Assembly (NCBI GenBank): GCA_963790085.1
Contig: CAWBNH010000006.1
Span: forward strand, 306,743 to 370,742
Length of the DNA: 64,000 nt
Source of the DNA: an uncultured Solirubrobacterales bacterium
Lineage (GTDB): Bacteria > Actinomycetota > Thermoleophilia > Solirubrobacterales > 70-9
Direction: 5' to 3'
Part shown: positions 1 through 9,397 of the stretch, piece by piece
Numbering within the stretch: position 1 is the stretch's first letter
Layout: every line of letters begins with the position of its first letter
Notes under the pieces: model-generated
Database searches by the model: none
What the model was told of the DNA's origin: nothing
Seen by the model: only the letters and a program-made list of their open reading frames with translations
Made by a program: the position numbers and the translations under genes

Positions 1-831
1 CGCGAGGTCGCCGGCGCGTTGCTCGACGCGGCCCGCGAGTGGCTGCGCGAGCGCGGGCGCGATCACATGATCGGGCCGCTCGACTTCTCGACCAACCACG
101 AGTGCGGGCTGCTGGTCGAGGGTCACGAGCGGCGCCCACAGATCCTCGAGAACTGGCACTTCCCCTACTACGGCCCGCTGCTCGAGAGCTGTGGCCTGAC
201 CAAGGCGATGGACCTCTACAAGTGGAGCCTGCACGTCAGCGGCCGCGGCGAGGTGCTGCCGATCATCTTCGACCTGGCGGAGCGACTCGAGCCCGAGCAC
301 GGAATCACGATCCGCGGCATGCGCCGTCGCAACATGACCGAGGAGATCGGTGCCTTCATGGAGATCTACAACGCCGCCTGGGAGAAGAACTGGGGCTTCG
401 TGCCGCTGACCGAGGCCGAGATCGAGCACTACGCGGCCGAGTTGAAGCCGATCATGGACGAGAACTGGGCGATGGTCGCCGAGACCGCCGAGGGCGAGAC
501 CGTCGGCGTCGCGTTGACGCTCCCCGACTTCAACCAGGTCCTGAAGCAGCTCGGTGGCCGCCTGTTGCCGGTCGGCTGGATCAAGGCGCTGCACCAGAAG
601 CGCAAGATCGACTCGGTTCGCGTCTTCGCGCTCGGCGTCAAGCCCGAGTACCAGCACACCGGCGTCGCCGCCGCGCTCTACAAGCGTCACTTCGACATGG
701 CCGAGGTGACGCCGCAGAAGGGCGGCGAGATGGGTTGGATCCTCGAGGTCAACAAGCCGATGAACAAGGCGATGGAGGCGATGGGCGGCGAGATCGTGAA
801 GACCTACCGGATCTACGAGCAGGACCTCTAG
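1..831 (+). CDS. GNAT-type N-acetyltransferase, C-terminal part (5' end runs off the window)
   Basis: The frame of ORF 19..831 stays open back to base 1 (REVAGALLDAAREW...). 'GVKPEYQHTGVAAALY' resembles GNAT acetyl-CoA motif A (Q/R-x-x-G-x-G/A). Codon third positions are GC-rich. Confidence 0.65.
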   Translation, partial: REVAGALLDAAREWLRERGRDHMIGPLDFSTNHECGLLVEGHERRPQILENWHFPYYGPLLESCGLTKAMDLYKWSLHVSGRGEVLPIIFDLAERLEPEHGITIRGMRRRNMTEEIGAFMEIYNAAWEKNWGFVPLTEAEIEHYAAELKPIMDENWAMVAETAEGETVGVALTLPDFNQVLKQLGGRLLPVGWIKALHQKRKIDSVRVFALGVKPEYQHTGVAAALYKRHFDMAEVTPQKGGEMGWILEVNKPMNKAMEAMGGEIVKTYRIYEQDL

Positions 832-844
832 CCGCGATCCCAGC

Positions 845-864
845 CCCAGCCTCGCGAGGCTGGG
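845..864. terminator. Perfect 20-nt palindrome cccagcctcg|cgaggctggg between convergent genes; possible bidirectional terminator hairpin
   Basis: Read directly from the sequence. It lies 14 nt after the stop at 831 and upstream of the convergent stop at 956. There is no U-tract. Confidence 0.3.
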
Positions 865-955
865 ACGCCGCCAACCAAGGAAGAGGGAGCCCGGCTATAG
901 CAGCGCTATGCCGGGCGACCGATGACGCCGAGTGGCGGCGTCCCAGGCCGCGAGG

Positions 956-1411
956 TCAGTTGTCGGAGCCGATCCGGTCCCAGAGGTAGAGCTCCATCGC
1001 CTCGGCGGCGAGCTCGATGCGACGCTCCTCCGAGAGCCACTCGAGCACCGTCTCCAGGGCCCGCTCCTCGGTCACGCCCCGATCGACGGCCTCCTCGCCC
1101 CGGAAGCCTGCGGCGAGCTTCAGGGCCTCGCGACGATGCTCGCCCAGCGATCCGAACGAGCCGATCAGGAAGTCGCGACTCGGCAGCGGGTGACCGACGT
1201 TCATCGACGCATGCCAGGCGGCGAGCATCGAGAGGTCGTGCTCGTCGAGCTCGGAGATCGCCTTCGTGTAGTGGCCCTCGAGCTCGTCGTCCGGGATCTC
1301 GTCGACCCAGGCGCGGACGGCCTCTCCGAGCAACTGCCGGCGGGCCTCACGACCGACCGTGTCGGCGACGACCCTGATCGCGTCGGCGGGATCTATGAAG
1401 CAGAGCGGCAC
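956..1411 (-). CDS. hypothetical acidic protein (151 aa)
   Basis: The ORF has a GTG start at 1411, preceded by AAGGAG about 11 nt upstream on the minus strand. GC3 bias is coding-like. I recognise no family motif. Confidence 0.5.
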   Translation of the reverse strand: MPLCFIDPADAIRVVADTVGREARRQLLGEAVRAWVDEIPDDELEGHYTKAISELDEHDLSMLAAWHASMNVGHPLPSRDFLIGSFGSLGEHRREALKLAAGFRGEEAVDRGVTEERALETVLEWLSEERRIELAAEAMELYLWDRIGSDN

Positions 1412-1605
1412 TGTGCGGTTGGCTCCTTGGGTGGCTGGACGATTCCACGGCCAAGATAGACGCGGGTGAAGACGGTAAAACGGCGCATGAGAATGCGCTA
1501 GGAGCGGGTTTACTCGCAGGGCGGCGCGGCCCGGTCAGGAACGCCGCCCGCGGCGCGACCTATGCTCGCGAGGATGGATCGCGAGAGCGAAACGAGCGCC
1601 GCCCG

Positions 1606-4600
1606 ATGAGCCTCGAGCTGATCGTCGGGCCGCCCAACTCGGGCCGGGCCGGGGCAGTCCTCGATCGCTTCGCCGCCGAGCAGGATCTCGACCCGTTGCT
1701 GGTCGTGCCGACCCGCGACGATGTCGACCGCTTCGAGCGGGAGCTCTGTGGGCGCCGGGGAGGCCTGCTCGGCGGCGGCGTCACGACCCTGCTCGGCCTG
1801 TTCAGAGAGGTGGCCGGCTGCTACGGGGTCGGCGATGGGCCGCCGCTGAGCCGCTCGCAGCGCATCTGGATCGCCAGGGCGGCCGCGAGACAGGCGGAGC
1901 TTCGGCTCCTGCGACGCTCGAGCGGGCACGGAGGCTTCGCCCCGGCGCTGGAGCAGCTGCTCACCGACCTGCAGGCGGCCGGACTCGACGCGGCCGCGCT
2001 CGAGGCCGCGGTCGAGGAGCTGCACGAGGAGGGGGGCAGCGCGCAATACGAGCGCGAGGTGGTGCGCCTGTTCGCTGCCTTCGAGGAGCTCCGGGACGGC
2101 CTCGGTCGCAGCGACGAGCACGGCATCGCGCGGCGGGCGACGGCCGCCCTGCGCTCGGACCCGCGGCCGTGGCGCCGTCGTCCGGTGATGCTCTACGGCT
2201 TCGACGATCTCGCCCGCGAGCAGGTCGAGCTGCTCGCGGCGCTGGCCGGCGCCTGCGATGTGGTCGTCGCGATCGCCTTCGAGGACCGGCCGGCGCTCGC
2301 GGCGCGGGCCGAGCTGATCGGGGTTCTCAGGGACGAGCTCGGCGGCGAGATCGTCGCCGAGCTCGAGCCGGATCGCGCCCACACCCACAGCCCGACGCTG
2401 TTTCACCTCGAGCGCAATCTGTTCGATCGCGAGCCGGAAACGGCCGAGTGCGACGACTCACTGGCCCTGTTGGAGTCGGCCGGCTACCGGGCCGAGGCCG
2501 AGCTGATCGGCCGCCGCGTCGCCCTGCTGATCGCGGCCGGTCGCGATCCCGACCAGATCGCGATCGCGGTCCGCAATCCCGACCGCCAGGCGCCGCTGAT
2601 CGCCCGGGTGCTGACCGGGCTCGGGGTCCCGGTCGCCGCCGAAGCCGAGATCCCGCTCGCCTCGACGGCGACCGGGACGGCGCTGCTGCGGCTGCTGGCG
2701 ATCGCCGATGGCTCGGGGACGGCGGACGACGTCGTCGCCTTTCTCCGCGGCCCGGCGACGGCATCCGCCGACGCCGTCGATTGGCTCGAGCGGACCGTTC
2801 GCCGCCGCCGGCTCGAGACCGTCGAGCAGGCGCTGGAGGCGTGGCGGGGCGATTGGGACCGGCGGGTCTGGGCGCTCGACCAGCTCGAGCGGGCCGGCTC
2901 CGATCCAGGGCCCTTCGCGGCAGCGGTCGCCGCGGTCGCAGCCGATCTCGCCGAGAGCCCGCATCGTCGCCTCGGCCGGGTGCCCGCGGCCGGCCCAGCG
3001 GTCGAGCTGCGCGCCGCCCGCGAGGTCGCGGCGACGCTCGAGGAGGCGGCCGAGCTCGGCCCCCTTGCCCCCGGCCCGGCCGAGATCGCGGAGCTGCTCG
3101 GCCACGTCCGCGTGCCGCTCTGGCGCGGGCCGACCGAGGGCCGGGTGAGGATCCTCAGCCCCTACCGCCTGCGTGCGACCCGGGTCGCCGATCTGTTCGT
3201 GGCCGGGCTCGTCGACGGCTACTTCCCATCGCCCGGAGCCGGAGACCCGCTGCTGTCCGACAGCCGGCGCCGCTCACTCGGGCTGCCCTCGCGGCGCGAT
3301 CCGGCAGCCGAGGAGCGCTACCTGTTCTACTCCTGCGTCTCGCGCCCGGAGCGAACCCTGCAGCTGAGCTACTCGAGCGCCGACGAGTCGGGGGCGACGG
3401 TCGCGCGCAGCCCGTTCGTCGACGAAGTCCGGTCGCTGCTCGAGCCGCCTCCGGACCCGAACCCGGTCCGAGACGCGCTCGAGCAGCGGCTGACCGAGCG
3501 AATCGGAATCGGCGATGTCGTGGTCGATCCAGAGCTCGCCAGCTCGCCGCGCGCACTGGCCCGGGCGATCGCCGCACTGCCGGGTGAGGCCGGCGAGCGC
3601 CGCCTGGCGGCGCTCGATCTGCCGGACGAGGTTCGCGAGCGGGTCGCGACCAGGGTCGCCGCGGCGCGACGGCGGATCCACGAAGCGAGGGATCCGGGCC
3701 CGTTGACCGACCCGGCCGTGATCGACGCGCTCGCCGCCCGCCAGCTGTATGGGGCCTCGACGCTGGAGGAGTTCGACAACTGCCCCTACCGCTGGTTCGT
3801 CGGACATGAGCTGCGGCCGCAGCGAATCGAACCCGATCCCGAGGCGCTGGAGGCAGGAAGCATCGTCCACGACGCGCTCGAGCACCTCTATCGGGAGCCA
3901 CCGGTGGGCGCACGGCCGAGCGCCGAGACGTTGGCGCCGTGGATCGCCGCCGGCCGGACCCGGCTCCGCGAGGCGGCGGAGCGTCGCGAGTGGGAGCTCG
4001 AGGGCTCGCGGGCGCGAATCGCCCTCGCCCGGCTCGACGCGATCGTCGAGCGCTTCATCCGTCGCGATGCCGAGACCGGCGGGCCGATGCTGCCCGATCC
4101 GCAGCTGCTCGAGGTGGGGTTTGGCGAGCGCGAGGGCGATGCCTACCCGCCGGCCGACATCGGCACCTTCAAGCTCCACGGCCGGATCGATCGGATCGAC
4201 GTCTCCGGCGACGGCAAGGCCCTGATCCGGGACTACAAGCTGAGCTCGAAGGTCGTCACCGGCGCCAGGCTGCTCGCCGAGGGCAAGCTGCAGCTCCCTC
4301 TCTACATGCGGGCGGTCGAGGGGATCGGGCTCGAGCCGATCGGCGCTCTCTACCATCCGCTCGCCGCGAGCAGGGACGATCGGCCCCGGGGCTTGATCGT
4401 CAAGGACCACAAGGACTCGCTCGTGCCGGGCGCAACCAGCGCTCAGGTCGGCACCGACTTCGTCGCGGAGGACGACTTCGACGCGACCGTCGAGCGGGCC
4501 GCCGTCCGCGCCCGCGAGATCGTCGCCTCGATCAGGGCCGGCAGCATCGACCGCGCCCCGCGCGACGGGACGTGCCCGCCCTGGTGCGGCCTGGCGCCGA

Positions 4601-4662
4601 TCTGCCGCATGGAGCGCGGCGTCGTCGATCCCGAGGACGAGGATCAGGAGACGCGCCGGTGA
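1606..4662 (+). CDS. addB: AddB-type helicase-nuclease subunit (degenerate motor, RecB-family nuclease with four-Cys cluster)
   Basis: 1018 aa. The N-terminal P-loop is degenerate ('GPPNSGRAG', no GK[ST]). The C-terminal PD-(D/E)XK motifs are 'GRIDRIDV...LIRDYKLS'. The four Cys are 'FDNCPYRW' plus 'CPPWCGLAPIC'. Its stop overlaps the addA start by 4 nt (GTGA). Confidence 0.85.
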   Translation: MSLELIVGPPNSGRAGAVLDRFAAEQDLDPLLVVPTRDDVDRFERELCGRRGGLLGGGVTTLLGLFREVAGCYGVGDGPPLSRSQRIWIARAAARQAELRLLRRSSGHGGFAPALEQLLTDLQAAGLDAAALEAAVEELHEEGGSAQYEREVVRLFAAFEELRDGLGRSDEHGIARRATAALRSDPRPWRRRPVMLYGFDDLAREQVELLAALAGACDVVVAIAFEDRPALAARAELIGVLRDELGGEIVAELEPDRAHTHSPTLFHLERNLFDREPETAECDDSLALLESAGYRAEAELIGRRVALLIAAGRDPDQIAIAVRNPDRQAPLIARVLTGLGVPVAAEAEIPLASTATGTALLRLLAIADGSGTADDVVAFLRGPATASADAVDWLERTVRRRRLETVEQALEAWRGDWDRRVWALDQLERAGSDPGPFAAAVAAVAADLAESPHRRLGRVPAAGPAVELRAAREVAATLEEAAELGPLAPGPAEIAELLGHVRVPLWRGPTEGRVRILSPYRLRATRVADLFVAGLVDGYFPSPGAGDPLLSDSRRRSLGLPSRRDPAAEERYLFYSCVSRPERTLQLSYSSADESGATVARSPFVDEVRSLLEPPPDPNPVRDALEQRLTERIGIGDVVVDPELASSPRALARAIAALPGEAGERRLAALDLPDEVRERVATRVAAARRRIHEARDPGPLTDPAVIDALAARQLYGASTLEEFDNCPYRWFVGHELRPQRIEPDPEALEAGSIVHDALEHLYREPPVGARPSAETLAPWIAAGRTRLREAAERREWELEGSRARIALARLDAIVERFIRRDAETGGPMLPDPQLLEVGFGEREGDAYPPADIGTFKLHGRIDRIDVSGDGKALIRDYKLSSKVVTGARLLAEGKLQLPLYMRAVEGIGLEPIGALYHPLAASRDDRPRGLIVKDHKDSLVPGATSAQVGTDFVAEDDFDATVERAAVRAREIVASIRAGSIDRAPRDGTCPPWCGLAPICRMERGVVDPEDEDQETRR

Positions 4663-7600
4663 CCGGCGCCGAGCAGCTCAGCCTCGAGGCCGCTGCCGCG
4701 ACCCCGTCCGAACGCGAGTCCTCCGGCGTCCCTGCCCACCGATTCCCGCCGACGGCGGAGCAGGCCGCCGCGATCGACTCCCGGGATCGCGACGTGTTCC
4801 TCGAAGCCGGCGCGGGCACCGGCAAGACGCGGGTGCTGGTCGACAGGTACTGCGACGCGATCGACCGCGACGAGGTGGAGCCCGAGCAGATCCTCGCGAT
4901 CACCTTCACCGAGAAGGCGGCGGCCGAGATGCGGCGCAGGGTCCGCGTCGAGCTGATGCGCCGCTCGCGAGTCGCCGACGACGACGGACGGCGGCGGCGG
5001 CTGCTCGAAGCGGCGCGCTCCGGGGAGGGCACGCAGATCACGACGATCCACGGCTTCTGTCGGCGCCTGCTCGCGGCCAACCCGGCGGCCGCCGGCCTCG
5101 ACCCCCGCTTCCGCGTGCTGGCCGCCGAGGAGGCGATGCGGCTCTCGCGGCTCGCCTTCGAGCGGGCGCTGGACGAGCTCGCCGGCGACGACGGCGACGT
5201 CGCGATGGTCGCGGCGGGCTATCGGCAGGGGCTCGAAGGCCTGATCCGCTCCGCCTACGACGACCTGCGCAGTCACGGGCGGCGCCGGCCCGAGCTGCCG
5301 CCGCTTCAGATCACCGCCTTCGAGGGCGCCGACGACGAGCCGCCGGACGCGGCCGACGTCGAGCTCGCCGACCGCTCGTACCGCTCGCTGCAGTCCCTGT
5401 TGATCCGCTTCGGTGAGGCCTATGAGGAGGTCAAGGCAGAGCGCTCCGGCGTCGACTTCGACGATCTGCAGCTGCTCGCGCTCGAGCTGATGCAGCGCAA
5501 CGCGACGATCGCCGCCGCCTACCGGGAGCGCTACCTGCACCTGTTGGTCGACGAGTTCCAGGACACGAGCCCGCTGCAGGTCCGGCTCGTTCAGGCGCTC
5601 CAGGGGCCGGCGACTCGGCTGTTCACGGTGGGTGACGAGTTCCAGTCGATCTACGCCTTCCGCGGCGCCGATCTGGCGAGCTTCCGTGAGGAGCGGGAGC
5701 TGGTGCGCGCCGAGCGGGGCATCGGGGCGGTGCTGCCGCTGAGCGGCAGCTTCCGCTCCTCGCCCGAAGTCGTGGCCGCGGTGAACGCGGTCGGCCACTG
5801 CCTGCTGGAGGGGTTCCGTGAGCTTCGCGTCGGGCGCGAGCCCGCCGGGCCGCCGCCCGGGCCGCCGGGCCCCGTCGTCGAGCTGCTGCTGACCGAGCGC
5901 GACGGCTGGAAGGACGAGCGGATCGAGATCCCGACCGCCGCCGTCGAGACCGAGCCCAACCGGATCGCCGAGGCGAGGTTCCTCGCGCGCCGGCTGCGTG
6001 AGCTCGCGGACTCGGGCGTGGCGCCGGGGTCGATGGTCCTGCTGTTGCGCGCGTTCACCCACGTCGATGCCTATGCCGAGGCCCTCGATCTCGCCGGGCT
6101 CGATCCCTACGTCGTCGGCGGGCGCGGATACTGGTCCTCCCAGCAGGTCGAGGACGCGCTCAGGCTGCTCGCCTGCGTCGCCAACCCGCTCGAGGACGAA
6201 GCGCTGTTCGGCGCGCTCGCCTCACCCGCCTGCGGGGCGAGCCCCGACGCGCTCTGGCTGCTGCGCCGGGCGGCAGGGCCGGACCGCCACATCTGGCCGA
6301 CGGTCCGCCGCCTGGCCGGCGCCGAGCCCGACGAAGCCACCGACGAGCGGGACAGCACCGACGAACGGGAGCTGGAGCGCCGCGGGCTGGAGCGGGAGTG
6401 GCTGGGCCGGCTGCCCGCGGCCGACCGGGAGCGGATCGGCGACTTCGCAGGCCGGCTCCAGCGACTCCGGTCCGAGGCGCAGCTACTGCCGCTCGACAGC
6501 CTCGTCGAGGCGACCCTCGAGCGCTTCGACTACGACCTCGCCGCACTCGCGATGCCGGGCGGGGAGCGCCGCTCCGCGAACCTGCTGAAGCTGATCCGGC
6601 TGGCCGGCGAGTACGAGGCCCACGAGGGCCGGGACCTGCGCGGGTTCCTCTCCCACGTGGCCGAGCGCGCAGCGCTGTCCGACCGCGAGGCGGAGGCCAC
6701 GGTCGCGGCGGAGGGCCACGACGGCGTCACCGTGATGACGGTTCACGCCGCCAAGGGACTCGAGTTCGACTGCGTCGCCGTCGCCGACCTTGGGCGCCGG
6801 ATGGCGGGCGCCGGGGCGCCGCCGGCGCTGCGGCTCGCGTTCGGGGACAGCGAGGGCGCAGCCGGCGCGGACGCCGACGGCGCTCCACGGGTCGGGCTGC
6901 GGCTTGCAAGGCCGGGAGGGCCGGCGCTGACCCTCGACGGCTACCGGTCGCTGAACGATGATGCCGCGGCCGCCGACGCCGAGGAGGCGGGGCGACTCGC
7001 CTACGTCGCGGCCTCGCGGGCGAGGCAACGGCTGATCCTGAGCGGCATGTTCGATCCGATCGACGTCGACGGCGGCCACGCGGATCCGCGGCCGGGCCAC
7101 TCGGTGCTGGCCAGGCTGCTGCCCGCCCTCGAGGTGGGCGGCGAGGACGGCCTTGTCGAGCTGCCGCCGGCGGAGCCGAGCGCCGACCTCCCGGGCGGGA
7201 CAGCCTTCGAGCCCGTCCCGGTCGGCGTCCGGGTCAACTGCCCGGGCCCGGACTCGGCCGCCGGACTCGCGTTCGACCGGCGAACGGAGGCGGGAGGATC
7301 GGACCCGGCCCCGGGGGGGCGGCCACCGCTGCTGGCGCTCAGCGAGCGCGGCGGCAGCGCCGCGCGCAGCCTCTCCTACGCCGCCCTCGCCGAGTACAAC
7401 CGCTGCGGGTACCGGTTCCTGACCGAGCGGGTGCTGGGGCTCGGCGCCGGGCGCGAGGCATCGACGCTCGGAGCGTCCGCTGCAGCCGAGCGGATCGCCG
7501 ATGCCGAGCCGGCCGCGGGCGAGCAACGTGGCTCCCGGCTCGGTTTCGGCCGCGCGGTGCACGCGCTCCTCGAGCGCTCGGCCCGGGCGGGCTGGCAGGC

Positions 7601-8213
7601 GCCCGAGACGAGCACGATCGAGGCGGCGCTGGCGAGCGAGGGGGCAGACCCGGGACTGGCCGGGGAGGCGGCGGCTCTCGTCTCCGGCTGGCTCGGCTCA
7701 CCGCTGTTGGCCGAGCTGCTCGCCGCCGGCGCCCGGCTGCGGCCCGAGTTGCCCTTCCGCCTCGCGCTGGGCCCGGATACGGTGCTCCGCGGCACGATCG
7801 ACCTGCTGGCCGAGATCGAGGGTCAGCCGCCGCTGGTGATCGACTACAAGACCGACGCCGCCGTCCCCGCCGGAGGCGAGGGTCTCGCGGAGGGCTACGT
7901 CCTCCAGCGAGAGCTCTACGCCCTGGCCGTCGCCGAGGCCACGGGCGCGGGCAGGGTGCGGAGCGCGTACGTCTTCCTCGGCGCCCCCGAGCAGCCCCTC
8001 ACCGCCGAGCTCGGCGCCGAGGACGTCGAGGCGGGGCGAGAGCGGATCGAGCGGCTGATCGAGGGGATCCGCGGGCGCCGCTTCGAGGTCACCGACGCGC
8101 CGCATTGGGGCCTCTGCCAGGACTGCCCCGCGCGGCGGCGGCTCTGCTCTCACCCGTGGGAGTTGACCGGCTCGAGCGGGAACGGCCGCTCGGGGGGCGG
8201 CGCGGCCGAGTAG
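4659..8213 (+). CDS. addA: AddA/UvrD-type ATP-dependent helicase-nuclease subunit
   Basis: The GTG at 4659 is in frame with ORF 3939..8213 and gives 1184 aa. Walker A is 'EAGAGTGKT'. UvrD motifs include 'LLVDEFQDTS' and 'TVMTVHAAKGLEFD'. The C-terminal nuclease motif is 'GTIDLL...VIDYKTD'. Cys residues are 'NRCGYRF' plus 'CQDCPARRRLC'. Confidence 0.85.
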   Translation: MTGAEQLSLEAAAATPSERESSGVPAHRFPPTAEQAAAIDSRDRDVFLEAGAGTGKTRVLVDRYCDAIDRDEVEPEQILAITFTEKAAAEMRRRVRVELMRRSRVADDDGRRRRLLEAARSGEGTQITTIHGFCRRLLAANPAAAGLDPRFRVLAAEEAMRLSRLAFERALDELAGDDGDVAMVAAGYRQGLEGLIRSAYDDLRSHGRRRPELPPLQITAFEGADDEPPDAADVELADRSYRSLQSLLIRFGEAYEEVKAERSGVDFDDLQLLALELMQRNATIAAAYRERYLHLLVDEFQDTSPLQVRLVQALQGPATRLFTVGDEFQSIYAFRGADLASFREERELVRAERGIGAVLPLSGSFRSSPEVVAAVNAVGHCLLEGFRELRVGREPAGPPPGPPGPVVELLLTERDGWKDERIEIPTAAVETEPNRIAEARFLARRLRELADSGVAPGSMVLLLRAFTHVDAYAEALDLAGLDPYVVGGRGYWSSQQVEDALRLLACVANPLEDEALFGALASPACGASPDALWLLRRAAGPDRHIWPTVRRLAGAEPDEATDERDSTDERELERRGLEREWLGRLPAADRERIGDFAGRLQRLRSEAQLLPLDSLVEATLERFDYDLAALAMPGGERRSANLLKLIRLAGEYEAHEGRDLRGFLSHVAERAALSDREAEATVAAEGHDGVTVMTVHAAKGLEFDCVAVADLGRRMAGAGAPPALRLAFGDSEGAAGADADGAPRVGLRLARPGGPALTLDGYRSLNDDAAAADAEEAGRLAYVAASRARQRLILSGMFDPIDVDGGHADPRPGHSVLARLLPALEVGGEDGLVELPPAEPSADLPGGTAFEPVPVGVRVNCPGPDSAAGLAFDRRTEAGGSDPAPGGRPPLLALSERGGSAARSLSYAALAEYNRCGYRFLTERVLGLGAGREASTLGASAAAERIADAEPAAGEQRGSRLGFGRAVHALLERSARAGWQAPETSTIEAALASEGADPGLAGEAAALVSGWLGSPLLAELLAAGARLRPELPFRLALGPDTVLRGTIDLLAEIEGQPPLVIDYKTDAAVPAGGEGLAEGYVLQRELYALAVAEATGAGRVRSAYVFLGAPEQPLTAELGAEDVEAGRERIERLIEGIRGRRFEVTDAPHWGLCQDCPARRRLCSHPWELTGSSGNGRSGGGAAE

Positions 8214-8254
8214 GCGACCTGGCCGACCGGCGCCGATGCGGGTACGCTCGCGAC

Positions 8255-8845
8255 GTGCCGCCACTCGCCGTGTTCGCGTACGGATCGCTGGTCGATCGCG
8301 ACAGCGCCGGGCGAACCCTCGGTCGTGACGTGGAGCGGATCTGGCCGGCGCGGCTCGCGGGCTGGAGGCGCCGCTTCTCGCAGGCGCGGGACAACCTGGC
8401 CTGCGAGAAGACCTTCGCCCGCGCCGATGACGGCAGCGTGCCTCGATGGATCCTGGGCCTCAACATCGAGCCCGCCGATCAGTGGCCGCTGGCGCCGAAC
8501 GGCGGATTGATCGCCGTCACCGAGACGGACCTCGAGCGCCTCGATCTGCGCGAGCTTCGCTATCAGCGTCGGGAGGTGACCGCGGCCGTCGCCGCCGAGG
8601 CCGGATGCCCTCGATTCGAGCGCGTGATCACCTATGTGGCTAGGTCCTCGAACCACGCCCTCAGGCCGCCGTCGGGGGCCGTGATCCTGTCGAGCTACGC
8701 CCGGGCGGTGGAGCAGGCGTTCGAGCGGCTCGGCAGCGGGCACGGGGACGAGTACCGCAGGACGACCCTCCCCCACCCGGCCGAGCTCGTCGACGGAACC
8801 CTGATCGGGGACCGGATCCCTCCCGGGAACCCGCGCGACTGGTAG
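8255..8845 (+). CDS. gamma-glutamylcyclotransferase-like (AIG2/GGCT-fold) protein
   Basis: The GTG at 8255 is in frame with ORF 8105..8845. The N-terminal 'VFAYGSLV' matches the YGSL signature of the GGCT/AIG2 fold. The start choice is uncertain. Confidence 0.55.
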   Translation: MPPLAVFAYGSLVDRDSAGRTLGRDVERIWPARLAGWRRRFSQARDNLACEKTFARADDGSVPRWILGLNIEPADQWPLAPNGGLIAVTETDLERLDLRELRYQRREVTAAVAAEAGCPRFERVITYVARSSNHALRPPSGAVILSSYARAVEQAFERLGSGHGDEYRRTTLPHPAELVDGTLIGDRIPPGNPRDW

Positions 8846-8862
8846 CCGCGAGCGCCCTGCGG

Positions 8863-9255
8863 TCAGGCGGTCGTCTCGCCGGCCGCCTCCCAGCGTTGCG
8901 CCCAGGCGTGGAGCTCGCGAATCGCGGGCTCGAGCCCACCCCCGGTCTCGGTCAGGGAGTAGGAGACCCGAGCGGGCGGGCCGTCGTGCACCCGACGCTC
9001 GACGAGGCCCTGAGCCTCGAGCTCGCGGAGCCGCTGGGAGAGCAGCCGGTCGGACATGCCCGGCACCGCGCCACCGAGCTCACGGAAGTAGAGCGGGCCG
9101 TCGAGCAGCGTGATCAGGATCGCGCCGGACCAGCGGCGACCGATCAACTCGACGGCCGCGTGAAAGCGCGGGCAGACGGTCGCAGGCGCCCCGTTGCCGG
9201 GCAGCCTGGCTTCGGCGCCCTCCCTTCGGGCGTTGTCCACCGAGGTGGAGGCCAT
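8863..9255 (-). CDS. HxlR-family winged-helix transcriptional regulator
   Basis: 'CPRFHAAVELIGRRWSGAILITLLDGPLYFRELGGAVPGMSDRLLSQRLRELEAQGLVERR' is typical of HxlR. ATG at 9255; ATG at 9279 is an alternative. It is divergent from the PBP gene. Confidence 0.8.
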   Translation of the reverse strand: MASTSVDNARREGAEARLPGNGAPATVCPRFHAAVELIGRRWSGAILITLLDGPLYFRELGGAVPGMSDRLLSQRLRELEAQGLVERRVHDGPPARVSYSLTETGGGLEPAIRELHAWAQRWEAAGETTA

Positions 9256-9397
9256 GCGATCAGGGTAGCGGAGCGCCATCGCGGCCCCGGTGGGTTGCCG
9301 CTCAGCGGTCCCGGGTGGCCGCCCGGCTAGCCTTCTAGGACTCCTCCGCCACGGCGGCTTCTGATCGAGCCGCCCGGCAAGCGAACCCGCCTGAGAC

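Noticed and set aside
845-915. The perfect 20-nt palindrome plus a second imperfect hairpin (about 890..915), considered as a possible REP-like or mobile repeat.
   Set aside because: I found no second copy elsewhere in the window. The position between convergent genes fits simple terminator hairpins.
3939-4658. The upstream 240 codons of ORF 3939..8213, which would make AddA 1424 aa.
   Set aside because: This part overlaps the addB C-terminus in another frame and is Arg-rich shadow. The GTG at 4659 gives the classic GTGA coupling and starts just before the UvrD Walker A.
2169-6062. Multiple long overlapping ORFs (2169..3587 +, 3274..4410 -, 4644..6062 - and others) inside addB/addA.
   Set aside because: Their translations are Arg/Pro/Ala/Gly-rich shadows without motifs. 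The AddB and AddA frames carry the helicase and nuclease signatures.
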